Below, in pieces: positions 8,703-16,915 of a stretch of 30,201 bases of DNA. Position 1 is the stretch's first letter. The number at the start of each line of letters is the position of its first letter. A model generated the notes under the pieces. That model saw only the letters and a program-made list of their open reading frames with translations, was not told the DNA's origin and searched no databases. The DNA comes from a virus (taxonomy: Duplodnaviria; Caudoviricetes): positions 1 to 30,201 of IMG/VR virus record IMGVR_UViG_3300020042_002184; one strand, written 5' to 3'. The position numbers were made by a program, and so were the translations under genes.

Positions 8703-9914
8703 ATGTCAAATAGCATTCTCACGATTGACATGATCACCAGGAAGGCCCTGGAGATCTTGGAAAACAATCTGGTTCTCACCCGTAACGTCAACCGCCAGTA
8801 CGACGATTCTTTCGCCGTTGAAGGCGCTAAAATCGGTTCGACTCTGCGTATCCGTCTGCCCGACCGCGCTCTGGTGACGGACGGTGCTGCCCTGCAAGTT
8901 CAGGACGACAACGAGCAGTTCACAACCCTGACCGTTTCGACCCAGAAGCATATCGGCGTGAACTTCACCAGCGCCGAACTGACCATGCAGTTGGATGACT
9001 TCGCAGAGCGCGTTCTCAAGCCGCGTATCTCGCAGTTGGCATCTTCTATTGATGCAGATGTGGCCAATGCGTACAAATCTATCGGTAACACGGTTGGTAC
9101 GCCTGGAACCACGCCAGCTTCTTCGCTGGTCCTGCTGCAAGCTCAACAGAAACTGAACGAGAACGCTGCCGTAATGTCGCCACGTTATGCAACGGTTAAC
9201 CCCGCTGCCAACGCTGGTCTGGTTGAGGGCTTGAAAGGTCTGTTCAACCCAGTTGATACCATCAGCAAGCAGTTCAAGAACGGCATGATGGGCACGGGCG
9301 TTCTGGGTTACGACGAGATCAATATGTCTCAGTCGATCAAGCAGCACACCACGGGCGATTTCCCTGTTTCGCCAATTGTTTCTTCTAGCGCCACGTTTGC
9401 CGAAGGTCAATCGACCCTCGCCATCACGTTCTCTAGCGGAACCAAAACGGTTAAGCAAGGCGACGTTTTTACCATCAACGGTGTGTTTGCAGTCAACCCA
9501 CAGACCCGTGAATCGACGGGTGCGCTTCAGCAATTCGTTGTGACCGCTGACAACAGCGTGACCTCCGGCACTGCAATGACCTTGGCAATTTCTCCTGCGC
9601 TTTACACGGCATCAAATGCTTTGGCAACAGTCAATGCGTTTCCAGCTACCAGCGCGGTCATCACGTTTGTTGGAACTGCATCAACTCAATACCCACAAAA
9701 CTTGGTCTACCACAAGGACGCAATCACGTTTGCTACGGCTGACTTGTTGCTGCCGCAGGGTGTTGATATGGCTGCTCGCGCAGTGCATAACGGTATTTCG
9801 TTGCGTGTTGTGCGCCAGTACGATATCAACAACGACCGTCTGCCTTGCCGTATTGACGTTCTGTATGGCTTCTCGGTAATTCGTCCGCAAATGGCTTGCC
9901 GTATGTGGGGTTGA
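8703..9914 (+). CDS. Major capsid protein, P22 coat protein (gp5) family
   Basis: MSNSILTIDMITRKALEILENNL..NRQYD..KIGSTLRIRLP and C-terminal CRIDVLYG; AGGA RBS; C-ending codon bias typical of high expression. Confidence 0.92.
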   Translation: MSNSILTIDMITRKALEILENNLVLTRNVNRQYDDSFAVEGAKIGSTLRIRLPDRALVTDGAALQVQDDNEQFTTLTVSTQKHIGVNFTSAELTMQLDDFAERVLKPRISQLASSIDADVANAYKSIGNTVGTPGTTPASSLVLLQAQQKLNENAAVMSPRYATVNPAANAGLVEGLKGLFNPVDTISKQFKNGMMGTGVLGYDEINMSQSIKQHTTGDFPVSPIVSSSATFAEGQSTLAITFSSGTKTVKQGDVFTINGVFAVNPQTRESTGALQQFVVTADNSVTSGTAMTLAISPALYTASNALATVNAFPATSAVITFVGTASTQYPQNLVYHKDAITFATADLLLPQGVDMAARAVHNGISLRVVRQYDINNDRLPCRIDVLYGFSVIRPQMACRMWG

Positions 9915-9921
9915 TTTGAAG

Positions 9922-9954
9922 ACAGGGGCTTTTGCCCCTGTTTGATTTTATTTT
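9922..9954 (+). terminator. Intrinsic terminator-like hairpin after the capsid gene
   Basis: ACAGGGGC-TTTT-GCCCCTGT followed by TTGATTTTATTTT. Confidence 0.7.
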
Positions 9955-9967
9955 CAAAGGAAATATT

Positions 9968-10375
9968 ATGGCTCTCCCTAATGGTGGTGGTGGTTACCAA
10001 GTTGGTGCTGGTAACCGTCAAGAAACAATTCTGAGCGCTATGGCCGCTCCTCAGACGGCCACGGCTACTGCAACTCTTACCGCAGCGCAGATCGTTAACC
10101 AGATGTTGGTGGCTAACCCATCAACTTCTGCCGCAACGTACACGCTGCCTTTGGGCACGGCAATTGATGCTGCCGTTCCTAATGCAACGGTCGGCAGCAC
10201 GTTTGACTTGTCAATTGTCAACATTGGCACTTCGTCTGGCGCTGTGACGTTGGCTGTTAACACTGGTGTGTCCGACGGCGGCAACGCCTTGGTTGCTATC
10301 GCTGTTACAACCAGCCAGTTGTTCCGCTTCCGTAAGACCGGCGACGGCACTTACGTTGTGTACCGTTTGGGCTAA
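9968..10375 (+). CDS. Putative capsid decoration/minor capsid protein
   Basis: True start is probably ATG 9968 (AAGGA RBS); 135 aa, Ala/Thr-rich beta-type protein directly after the capsid gene. Confidence 0.65.
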   Translation: MALPNGGGGYQVGAGNRQETILSAMAAPQTATATATLTAAQIVNQMLVANPSTSAATYTLPLGTAIDAAVPNATVGSTFDLSIVNIGTSSGAVTLAVNTGVSDGGNALVAIAVTTSQLFRFRKTGDGTYVVYRLG

Positions 10376-10388
10376 AAGCCTAAATCTA

Positions 10389-10419
10389 AGGGGGAGGGCC
10401 ACAAGCTCTCCCCTTTTTT
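10389..10419 (+). terminator. Intrinsic terminator
   Basis: GGGGAGGGC-CACAA-GCTCTCCCC followed by TTTTTT. Confidence 0.8.
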
Positions 10420-10430
10420 AAGGAATTATT

Positions 10431-10835
10431 ATGCCTAATACGCAAGCAGTTGGGGTCGCATATTCCGACCCAGAATTTACGACTTGTTACGCAAATCAGG
10501 AACTTGGGTACGCAGCGGGAGCGCAAGGCGCGGTAACTCAGTTGACTAGCAAGTCTACTGCCGTTACGCTGAACAAAAGCGCCGGTCGCATTACAATGAA
10601 CAATGCGGCTTTGGCTACACAGACCCATGTTTTGTTTACGCTTAACAACACTACTCTTGGGCCTAACGATGTTTTGATCGTTAGCGTTTCGGGTGGTGGT
10701 ACTGCTGGTGCTTACTGGCCTTACGTTGCCAGCCAGACAACCGGCAACGCCCAGATTGGCCTGTTTAATAACACGGCTGGCAGTCTGTCTGAGGCTGTTA
10801 TCATCAACTACGCAATCATCCACTGCGCAAACTAA
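10431..10835 (+). CDS. Putative second capsid-associated/head fibre protein
   Basis: AAGGA RBS; GAVTQLTSKSTAVTLNKSAGRITMNNAALA motif of small phage virion proteins; position in the head module. Confidence 0.6.
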   Translation: MPNTQAVGVAYSDPEFTTCYANQELGYAAGAQGAVTQLTSKSTAVTLNKSAGRITMNNAALATQTHVLFTLNNTTLGPNDVLIVSVSGGGTAGAYWPYVASQTTGNAQIGLFNNTAGSLSEAVIINYAIIHCAN

Positions 10836-10836
10836 C

Positions 10837-10858
10837 AGGCGGGGCTTCGGCCCCTCCT
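10837..10858 (+). terminator. cUUCGg tetraloop hairpin (weak terminator or mRNA stabiliser)
   Basis: GGGGC-TTCG-GCCCC at 10841-10854, with no strong U tract. Confidence 0.5.
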
Positions 10859-10871
10859 TCTGAGGTTTACG

Positions 10872-11588
10872 ATGGCAACATATTCTGCTGGCGATCAAAT
10901 CAACCGCGCCCTGCGTTTGTTGGGGGTTCTGGCAGAAGGTGAGACTACTTCGGCGTCAGTGATGCAAGACTCGCTGATGGCAATGAATCAGATGATTGAT
11001 TCGTGGAACACTGAGCGGTTGTCGGTGTTCAGCACACAAGATCAGGTCTTTAACTGGCCTCCAGATTTAATTACTCGGACGCTTGGCCCTACGGGTGATT
11101 TTGTAGGTAGCCGCCCAATCTTAGTGGATGACGCGACGTATTTCCGCGATGCAACTACAAACGTCAGCTACGGCATCAAGCTAATCAATCAGCAGCAGTA
11201 CGACGGCATTGCGGTCAAAACGGTAACGTCTACTTACCCGCAGGTTATGTTTGTGAACATGACCTACCCCAACATTACGATGACAATCTACCCTAAGCCC
11301 ACAAGGGTTTTGGAATGGCACATTGTCAGCGTTGAGAAGTTGTCCGAACCGGCAACGCTGGCAACTATTCTTGCTTTCCCACCAGGGTACTTGCGGGCGT
11401 TTACCTACAATCTGGCAATGGAAATTGCGCCTGAGTTTGGTGTTGAACCATCGCAGCAAGTCATGCGGATTGCCATGACCAGCAAACGCAACCTCAAGCG
11501 CATCAACAACCCTGACGATGTAATGTCGATGCCTTACGCAATCGTTGCGACGCGCCAGCGGTTCAATGTGTACGCAGGGAACTACTAA
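10872..11588 (+). CDS. Head-tail adaptor, P22 gp4-like
   Basis: AGDQINRALRLLGVLAEGET..MNQMIDSW and FPPGYLRAFTYNLAMEIAPEFG motifs; position before the gp10-like gene. Confidence 0.8.
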   Translation: MATYSAGDQINRALRLLGVLAEGETTSASVMQDSLMAMNQMIDSWNTERLSVFSTQDQVFNWPPDLITRTLGPTGDFVGSRPILVDDATYFRDATTNVSYGIKLINQQQYDGIAVKTVTSTYPQVMFVNMTYPNITMTIYPKPTRVLEWHIVSVEKLSEPATLATILAFPPGYLRAFTYNLAMEIAPEFGVEPSQQVMRIAMTSKRNLKRINNPDDVMSMPYAIVATRQRFNVYAGNY

Positions 11589-13117
11589 TGAAAACGCCGA
11601 TTCTGGGATCGGCGTATGTTGCTCGGAGCATCAACGCTGCCGACAACCGCATGGTCAATCTTTTTCCTGAGATTGTTCCCGAAGGCGGCAAAGAACCCGC
11701 TTTCCTAAATCGCGCTCCCGGCCTGTCGCTGCTCGCCACTGTTGGTACTGGTCCCATTCGGGGGATGTGGACGTTCAACGGTGTTGGATACGTTGTCAGC
11801 GGGTTGCAACTCTACAAGATTACCAACAACTACGTTTCTACATTGTTGGGTACGGTATCCGGCACAGGTCCGGTTAGCATGGCTGACAACGGTACGCAAC
11901 TCTTCATTGCTTGCGGCGGTCCCAGTTACATCTACAACAACAGCACAGGCGGATTTGGGTCAATCACCGATCCAGACTTCCCTGGCGCTTTGACCGTTGG
12001 TTATCTTGACGGGTATTTTGTTTTCATTGAACCCAACAGCCAGAAAGTCTGGGTGACTGCGCTGTTGGAAGGTACGTCGGTTGATGCGTTGGATTTTGCC
12101 AGCGCAGAAGGGTCACCAGACGGTCTGGTCAGCATGATCGTTGACCACCGCGAAGTTTGGCTGTTTGGAACCAACTCGGTTGAAGTTTGGTACGACGCGG
12201 GCAACGCAGACTTTCCGTTGCAACGCATTCAAGGCGCGTATAACGAAATTGGCTGCGCTGCAACATTCTCGGTTGCCAAGCTAGACAACGGTTTGTTTTG
12301 GTTGGGCGCTGACGCTCGCGGACAGGGCATCGTCTATCGAGCCAACGGCTACACCGGCCAGCGGATCAGCACGCACGCGATTGAATATGCAATCGCACAA
12401 TATGGCAACATTAGCAATGCGATTGGCTACACATACCAACAAGAAGGCCACGCTTTCTACGTCCTGACGTTCCCATCTGCTAACGCAACGTGGGTGTACG
12501 ACGTATCCACACAGGCGTGGCATGAGCGGGCGGCGTTTTCTAACGGTCTGTTCTTGCGGCATCGTAGCAATTGTCAGATGGCGTTTAACAGCAAGATCGT
12601 TGTCGGCGATTTTGCTAACGGCAACTTGTACGCTTTTGATCTAGACATTTATGCTGACAACGGCGCGCCACAAAAATGGTTGCGGTCTTGGCGGGCGTTG
12701 CCTACGGGGCAAAATAACCTAACTCGTACAGCACACCATAGCCTACAACTAGATTGTCAAAGCGGTGTTGGTGTAAACAATAGTGCTGGTGGAGAGTTAA
12801 CTTATTTGTTAACTGAAGACGGCTTGTTTCTTACGACCGAAAATGGCGACTATTTGGTATCCGTTGAGGGTGGGCAGTTAACTATTGGTTCTGACCCCCA
12901 AGTCATGTTGCGCTGGTCTGACAATGGTGGGCACACTTGGTCTAATGAGCATTGGTCACCGCTTGGGAAAATTGGCGTTTATCAACACCGCGTGTTCTGG
13001 CGGCGGCTTGGCATGACGCTTAAATTGCGCGATCGGGTTTACGAGTTGTCTGGTACAGATCCAGTTAAGATCGCAATTATGGGTGCTGAACTGCACTTGA
13101 GCGGGACAACTGCGTAA
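11588..13117 (+). CDS. Packaged-DNA stabilisation/tail hub protein, P22 gp10-like
   Basis: LDGYFVF, FASAEGSPDGLV, ISTHAIE, YQQEGHAFYVLTFP, WHER and MLRWSDNGGHTW motifs. Confidence 0.88.
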   Translation: MKTPILGSAYVARSINAADNRMVNLFPEIVPEGGKEPAFLNRAPGLSLLATVGTGPIRGMWTFNGVGYVVSGLQLYKITNNYVSTLLGTVSGTGPVSMADNGTQLFIACGGPSYIYNNSTGGFGSITDPDFPGALTVGYLDGYFVFIEPNSQKVWVTALLEGTSVDALDFASAEGSPDGLVSMIVDHREVWLFGTNSVEVWYDAGNADFPLQRIQGAYNEIGCAATFSVAKLDNGLFWLGADARGQGIVYRANGYTGQRISTHAIEYAIAQYGNISNAIGYTYQQEGHAFYVLTFPSANATWVYDVSTQAWHERAAFSNGLFLRHRSNCQMAFNSKIVVGDFANGNLYAFDLDIYADNGAPQKWLRSWRALPTGQNNLTRTAHHSLQLDCQSGVGVNNSAGGELTYLLTEDGLFLTTENGDYLVSVEGGQLTIGSDPQVMLRWSDNGGHTWSNEHWSPLGKIGVYQHRVFWRRLGMTLKLRDRVYELSGTDPVKIAIMGAELHLSGTTA

Positions 13118-13899
13118 TGCCCGTAATCAATAACATCACCCAGATCCCCGCGCCCCGGGTTGATTTTATTGACCCGCGAACCGGGCTAATGTCGCGCGAG
13201 TGGTACAGATTTTTTTTGAACCTGTTTACGTTGACCGGTTCCGGTTCAAACGATACGGCAATTGAATACTTAAACTACGTTCCGATTCCGCAACCCTCTA
13301 TTGAAAATGTCAACGATTTTCCAAATGATCAATCGGCAATTCAAGACATTTACGCTCAGATAAATGATTTGGCTCTAGGCCCAATTGGGCAGCCAATACC
13401 AACTGGCGGCGTTACCCAAGTTAACACCGGTACGGGCTTGACCGGCGGTCCAATCGTTACGACCGGCACAATCAGCATTGACAACACGGTTGTCACGCTG
13501 ACGGGAACGCAAACGCTGACCAACAAAACAATTACGGGGCTTGCCAGCGGGTCAACGGTCAGAGACAGCAACGGCAATCTATATGAGTTTGGTTTTCGTA
13601 CTATGCCGCAGTCAAGCAACACCAGCGGGACGCTGGTTTTGTCAGATAGCGCCAAACATCTTTATGTGGCTGGGAATGTCACTGTCCCTCCCAACAGTAG
13701 CGTGGCGTTTGAGATTGGCACGGTCGTTAGCGTTGTCAGCAACGCGACAGCGTTAATCATTCAAGCCGGATCTGGAGTTACGCTAAAACTTGCAAACTCA
13801 GCGTCTACCGGCAACCGATCACTTGCGTCAAACGGTGTCGCCACTATGATCAAGGTCGCAAGCGACACTTGGTATGTATTTGGCGTCGGTGTGACATGA
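13117..13899 (+). CDS. Tail needle-position protein with fibre modules and a C-terminal adaptor domain
   Basis: N-terminal IPAPRV..GLMSREWYRFF; GTGLTGGPI and TQTLTNKT modules; C-terminal FEIGTVVSVV..GVTL..DTWYVFG. Confidence 0.7.
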   Translation: MPVINNITQIPAPRVDFIDPRTGLMSREWYRFFLNLFTLTGSGSNDTAIEYLNYVPIPQPSIENVNDFPNDQSAIQDIYAQINDLALGPIGQPIPTGGVTQVNTGTGLTGGPIVTTGTISIDNTVVTLTGTQTLTNKTITGLASGSTVRDSNGNLYEFGFRTMPQSSNTSGTLVLSDSAKHLYVAGNVTVPPNSSVAFEIGTVVSVVSNATALIIQAGSGVTLKLANSASTGNRSLASNGVATMIKVASDTWYVFGVGVT

Positions 13900-14951
13900 G
13901 TGGCTTTCTTGGAATGCTTAATTATGCGTCTGGGGGTGCGCCCACCCCAGGCAATTCGCAATACATTGCGTACTCAGGATCTGCATCTGCTGGCGCAACG
14001 GTTGGCGTTTTTCCTTGGAGTTCGGCTTCTGGGTTTGGAACGGTTTACAGCAACCCAGCAGCAATAGCCTCGATCACCATACAACAAGTTTCATTTGCAA
14101 AAAACAACTCCGCAATCGCCGTATCGTTTTCAGTATCACCTTATTTGTATGCATGGCCTTGGTCAGCGTCTGGGTACGGAACCCAATACGCTAACCCGTC
14201 TAGTCCGTTAAACCCAACCGGAACACCGGGAGGGTTTGTTTGGACAGAAGCCGTAGACGCGCTTATTACCTCTAATCAGCCGCCCATATCGTTTCCGCAA
14301 GCGTGGGCGTGGAGTTCTGCTTCTGGTTTTGGAACCAAGTACGCTAACGGCACCGCAATCATTAACACCGGGGCGGGTGTGGGCGGCGTTTCGCTTAACG
14401 GCGATAACAGTTTGGTTGCGTTTAATTTTTCGTCCGCACCTTCTGTTAGGCTGTACCCTTGGTCATCGGCGTCTGGGTTTGGGACCGCGTATTCTAATCC
14501 GTCAACCGGATTTACCGGCAACACTGCACGCCAGAGAATTTCGTTTAACAAAGTTACAAATGATTTGGCGCTTGGTACGGCACTTAACCCGTACATCACT
14601 GCTTACGCGGTTAGCAGTTCTGGGTTTGGTTCAAAATACGCCAACCCAGTTTTGGACAATGTTCCAAAAAACTCCATAGAATTTAACTCAGACGGAACTT
14701 ATTTGGCAGTAGGAACTGGTGATACAACTCCTATTTTTGTGTACCCTTGGAGTTCTGGGTTTGGCGCTAGAATTTTTAGCCCTACTTCAACCAGCGCGTC
14801 TACCGTAAACTGGTCAAGCACGGGAAGCGAAATTGCCAAAAACGGCACTCCTATCAACGCTTGGCCTTGGAGCGCGGGGTTTGGCACGCAGTACGCAAAC
14901 CCTTCCCTTAGTGCAAGTACCCCTAACTGTGTGTCTTTCTCTGACAAATGA
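13896..14951 (+). CDS. Seven-repeat beta-propeller protein, putative adhesin
   Basis: True start is probably ATG 13896 (ATGA overlap); seven ~45-aa repeats with core (Y/W)PWSSASGFGT.YANP. Confidence 0.75.
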   Translation: MSGFLGMLNYASGGAPTPGNSQYIAYSGSASAGATVGVFPWSSASGFGTVYSNPAAIASITIQQVSFAKNNSAIAVSFSVSPYLYAWPWSASGYGTQYANPSSPLNPTGTPGGFVWTEAVDALITSNQPPISFPQAWAWSSASGFGTKYANGTAIINTGAGVGGVSLNGDNSLVAFNFSSAPSVRLYPWSSASGFGTAYSNPSTGFTGNTARQRISFNKVTNDLALGTALNPYITAYAVSSSGFGSKYANPVLDNVPKNSIEFNSDGTYLAVGTGDTTPIFVYPWSSGFGARIFSPTSTSASTVNWSSTGSEIAKNGTPINAWPWSAGFGTQYANPSLSASTPNCVSFSDK

Positions 14952-15319
14952 AAATGATTACTAACGACGAAAAACTATCTGCCGCAGTCATGAACGCCTA
15001 CTATCGTGAGGTAGAAATCTACTCATACCAGGTGAACATTGACAACTACTCTGCTATGCTACTAGCGTTGCCCTTGGATGATTGGCCGCAAAATTGGGTG
15101 GCGTTCAAAGGGGTCAAGATTGACGAACTTCCGCATTCCTTGTCAGATGAAGACGTTCAATCAATCAGTGATTACCAGTACCGCGACCGTTTGCGCTCTT
15201 TAATCAGGACCGAACGGGCAGAGCAAAACAAGACTATTCGGATCAGGGACGTTCTAAAGACTCAGATTGGCGACAACTACGACGCGCTGGTTTTGGCGTA
15301 TAAGGCAGCACAACCATGA
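14948..15319 (+). CDS. Hypothetical helical protein coupled to the propeller gene
   Basis: ATGA overlaps at both ends; no recognised family. Confidence 0.7.
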   Translation: MKMITNDEKLSAAVMNAYYREVEIYSYQVNIDNYSAMLLALPLDDWPQNWVAFKGVKIDELPHSLSDEDVQSISDYQYRDRLRSLIRTERAEQNKTIRIRDVLKTQIGDNYDALVLAYKAAQP

Positions 15320-15651
15320 CTGTTACCGTAAAAGTATTGATCCCAGCGAAACTGGCTGAGTCAAGCCAAACGACTCAGTACACTGCCGTCGGCGTCACCA
15401 CGCTAATTGATAAATTTACCGCGACCAATTTCAGCGCGTCAGCGGCAACGATTAGCGTCAACTTGGTCACAGTAGCAGACTCTGCTGGCAATCAAAACTT
15501 GATCGTCAAAGCCAAAACGCTGCAACCATCAGAAACGTATACGTTTCCAGAAATCACTGGTTCGGCGCTAGGCCCTGGCGGGTTTATCAGCACCATCGCG
15601 GGAACGGCGTCAGCAATCAACATTCGGTCTAATGGGCGGGAGATTACATAA
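15316..15651 (+). CDS. Small beta-rich virion (tail) protein
   Basis: TTQYTA..IDKFTATN..ETYTFPE motif; tightly coupled within the tail operon. Confidence 0.65.
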   Translation: MTVTVKVLIPAKLAESSQTTQYTAVGVTTLIDKFTATNFSASAATISVNLVTVADSAGNQNLIVKAKTLQPSETYTFPEITGSALGPGGFISTIAGTASAINIRSNGREIT

Positions 15652-16157
15652 TGGACTTAACAGTTCAAAATGACCCAGCCAAAGTAAAATTTCGGCAAGA
15701 CATTTTGGTTGTTCAGAACGGTCTGCAAAAATTAATTGACGCCGGTCATGTTGAGTCAGTGGCAGATCAATGTACGCTTAAACATTACTTTACGCCTAAA
15801 GACGAAAAGTACGGGTGCTGCACCTACGCCAGAGAAATTTTTTTGCCGAAGGGCAGCGTTGTCATTGGTAAAATTCACAAGCACCAGCACTTGAACTTTA
15901 TCAGCAAAGGTAAAGTTAAAGTTGTCACTGAGTTTGGTGAAAAGTATCTTGAAGCGCCGTGTACGTTTATTTCTGAAGTTGGGCTAAAACGCGCTGTGTA
16001 CGCTGAAGAAGATACTGTCTGGACTACGGTCCATCTGACTCAGTTTGATAACGAGGCAGAACTTGGTCAAATTGAACAAGAAGTAATCTCCCCTACGTAT
16101 GAAGAAATGGGGTTGATTGGTTCGACTGAAAAATTGTTGAAAGGGGAAAAATCATGA
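15651..16157 (+). CDS. Cupin-fold protein
   Basis: YAREIFLPKGSVVIGKIHKHQHLNFISKGKV and APCTFIS..KRAVYAEEDTVWTTVH match the two cupin motifs, with His ligands. Confidence 0.7.
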   Translation: MDLTVQNDPAKVKFRQDILVVQNGLQKLIDAGHVESVADQCTLKHYFTPKDEKYGCCTYAREIFLPKGSVVIGKIHKHQHLNFISKGKVKVVTEFGEKYLEAPCTFISEVGLKRAVYAEEDTVWTTVHLTQFDNEAELGQIEQEVISPTYEEMGLIGSTEKLLKGEKS

Positions 16158-16906
16158 CTTGGGTAGCAACTGCGGTTGTTGGGAGCGCGGTAATCGGCGG
16201 CGTTGTGGCTTCTGATGCGGCTAGAAAGGCTGGAAATATTCAAGCCGACGCGAGTAAAGCCGCGCAAGATGCTCAAGAGCGGATGTATGAAAAGCAAGTT
16301 CAGCTAAACGAACCTTTTCGGCAAGCTGGCCTTGCGTCTCAAAATCGTTTGATGACGTTGTTAGGGATTAATTCTACCGCCGGATCCGAATTTGTCACGG
16401 ACCCAAACTCTCCTGACTTTGGTAAATATGCTCGAGATTTTGGCGCAAAAGATTTTGAGACAGACGCTGGCTACGCTTTTCGATTGTCAGAAGGCATGAA
16501 AGCACTGGACCGCACTGCTGCTGCGCGTGGTGGGCTGTTGTCCGGCGCTACGCTAAAAGGGGCGCAACGATTTAACCAAGGTTTGGCTTCGCAAGAATAC
16601 GAAAACGCTTATAACCGTTACCAGACCAACCGTGCTAATCAGTTAAACCCGCTTATGGGTTATGCAACTGGTCCAGGTATGTCGGCAACGGCTGCGTCTT
16701 CTAACGCGGCGCAGAATTTTGGGGCGCAAACCGGCCAAAATCTGCAAGACATTGGAACCGCCCGCGCGTCTGGTTATCTTGGAGCGGCCAACGCGCTGTC
16801 TGGCGCGTTAAACAGTGCCGGTAATGCTTATTTGTACAACAACCGTACAAACGCGCTGGCTAATATGTACAACGTGCTTCCCGGCGGCGTTGGACGCCCA
16901 TACTAA
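16154..16906 (+). CDS. DNA ejection/pilot protein, P22 gp7-like
   Basis: Hydrophobic Gly/Ala N-terminus; GYAFRLSEG..AAARGGLLSGATLK motif; first of three ejection genes. Confidence 0.8.
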   Translation: MTWVATAVVGSAVIGGVVASDAARKAGNIQADASKAAQDAQERMYEKQVQLNEPFRQAGLASQNRLMTLLGINSTAGSEFVTDPNSPDFGKYARDFGAKDFETDAGYAFRLSEGMKALDRTAAARGGLLSGATLKGAQRFNQGLASQEYENAYNRYQTNRANQLNPLMGYATGPGMSATAASSNAAQNFGAQTGQNLQDIGTARASGYLGAANALSGALNSAGNAYLYNNRTNALANMYNVLPGGVGRPY

Positions 16907-16915
16907 GAGGCAATC

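Noticed and set aside
8706-9533. 275-aa antisense ORF over the capsid gene
   Set aside because: Shadow frame caused by the strong codon bias of the capsid gene; no RBS or recognisable motif
377-14947. Many Pro/Val-rich - strand ORFs under the fibre and tail genes
   Set aside because: They are reverse-complement shadows of Gly/Thr-rich coding sequence
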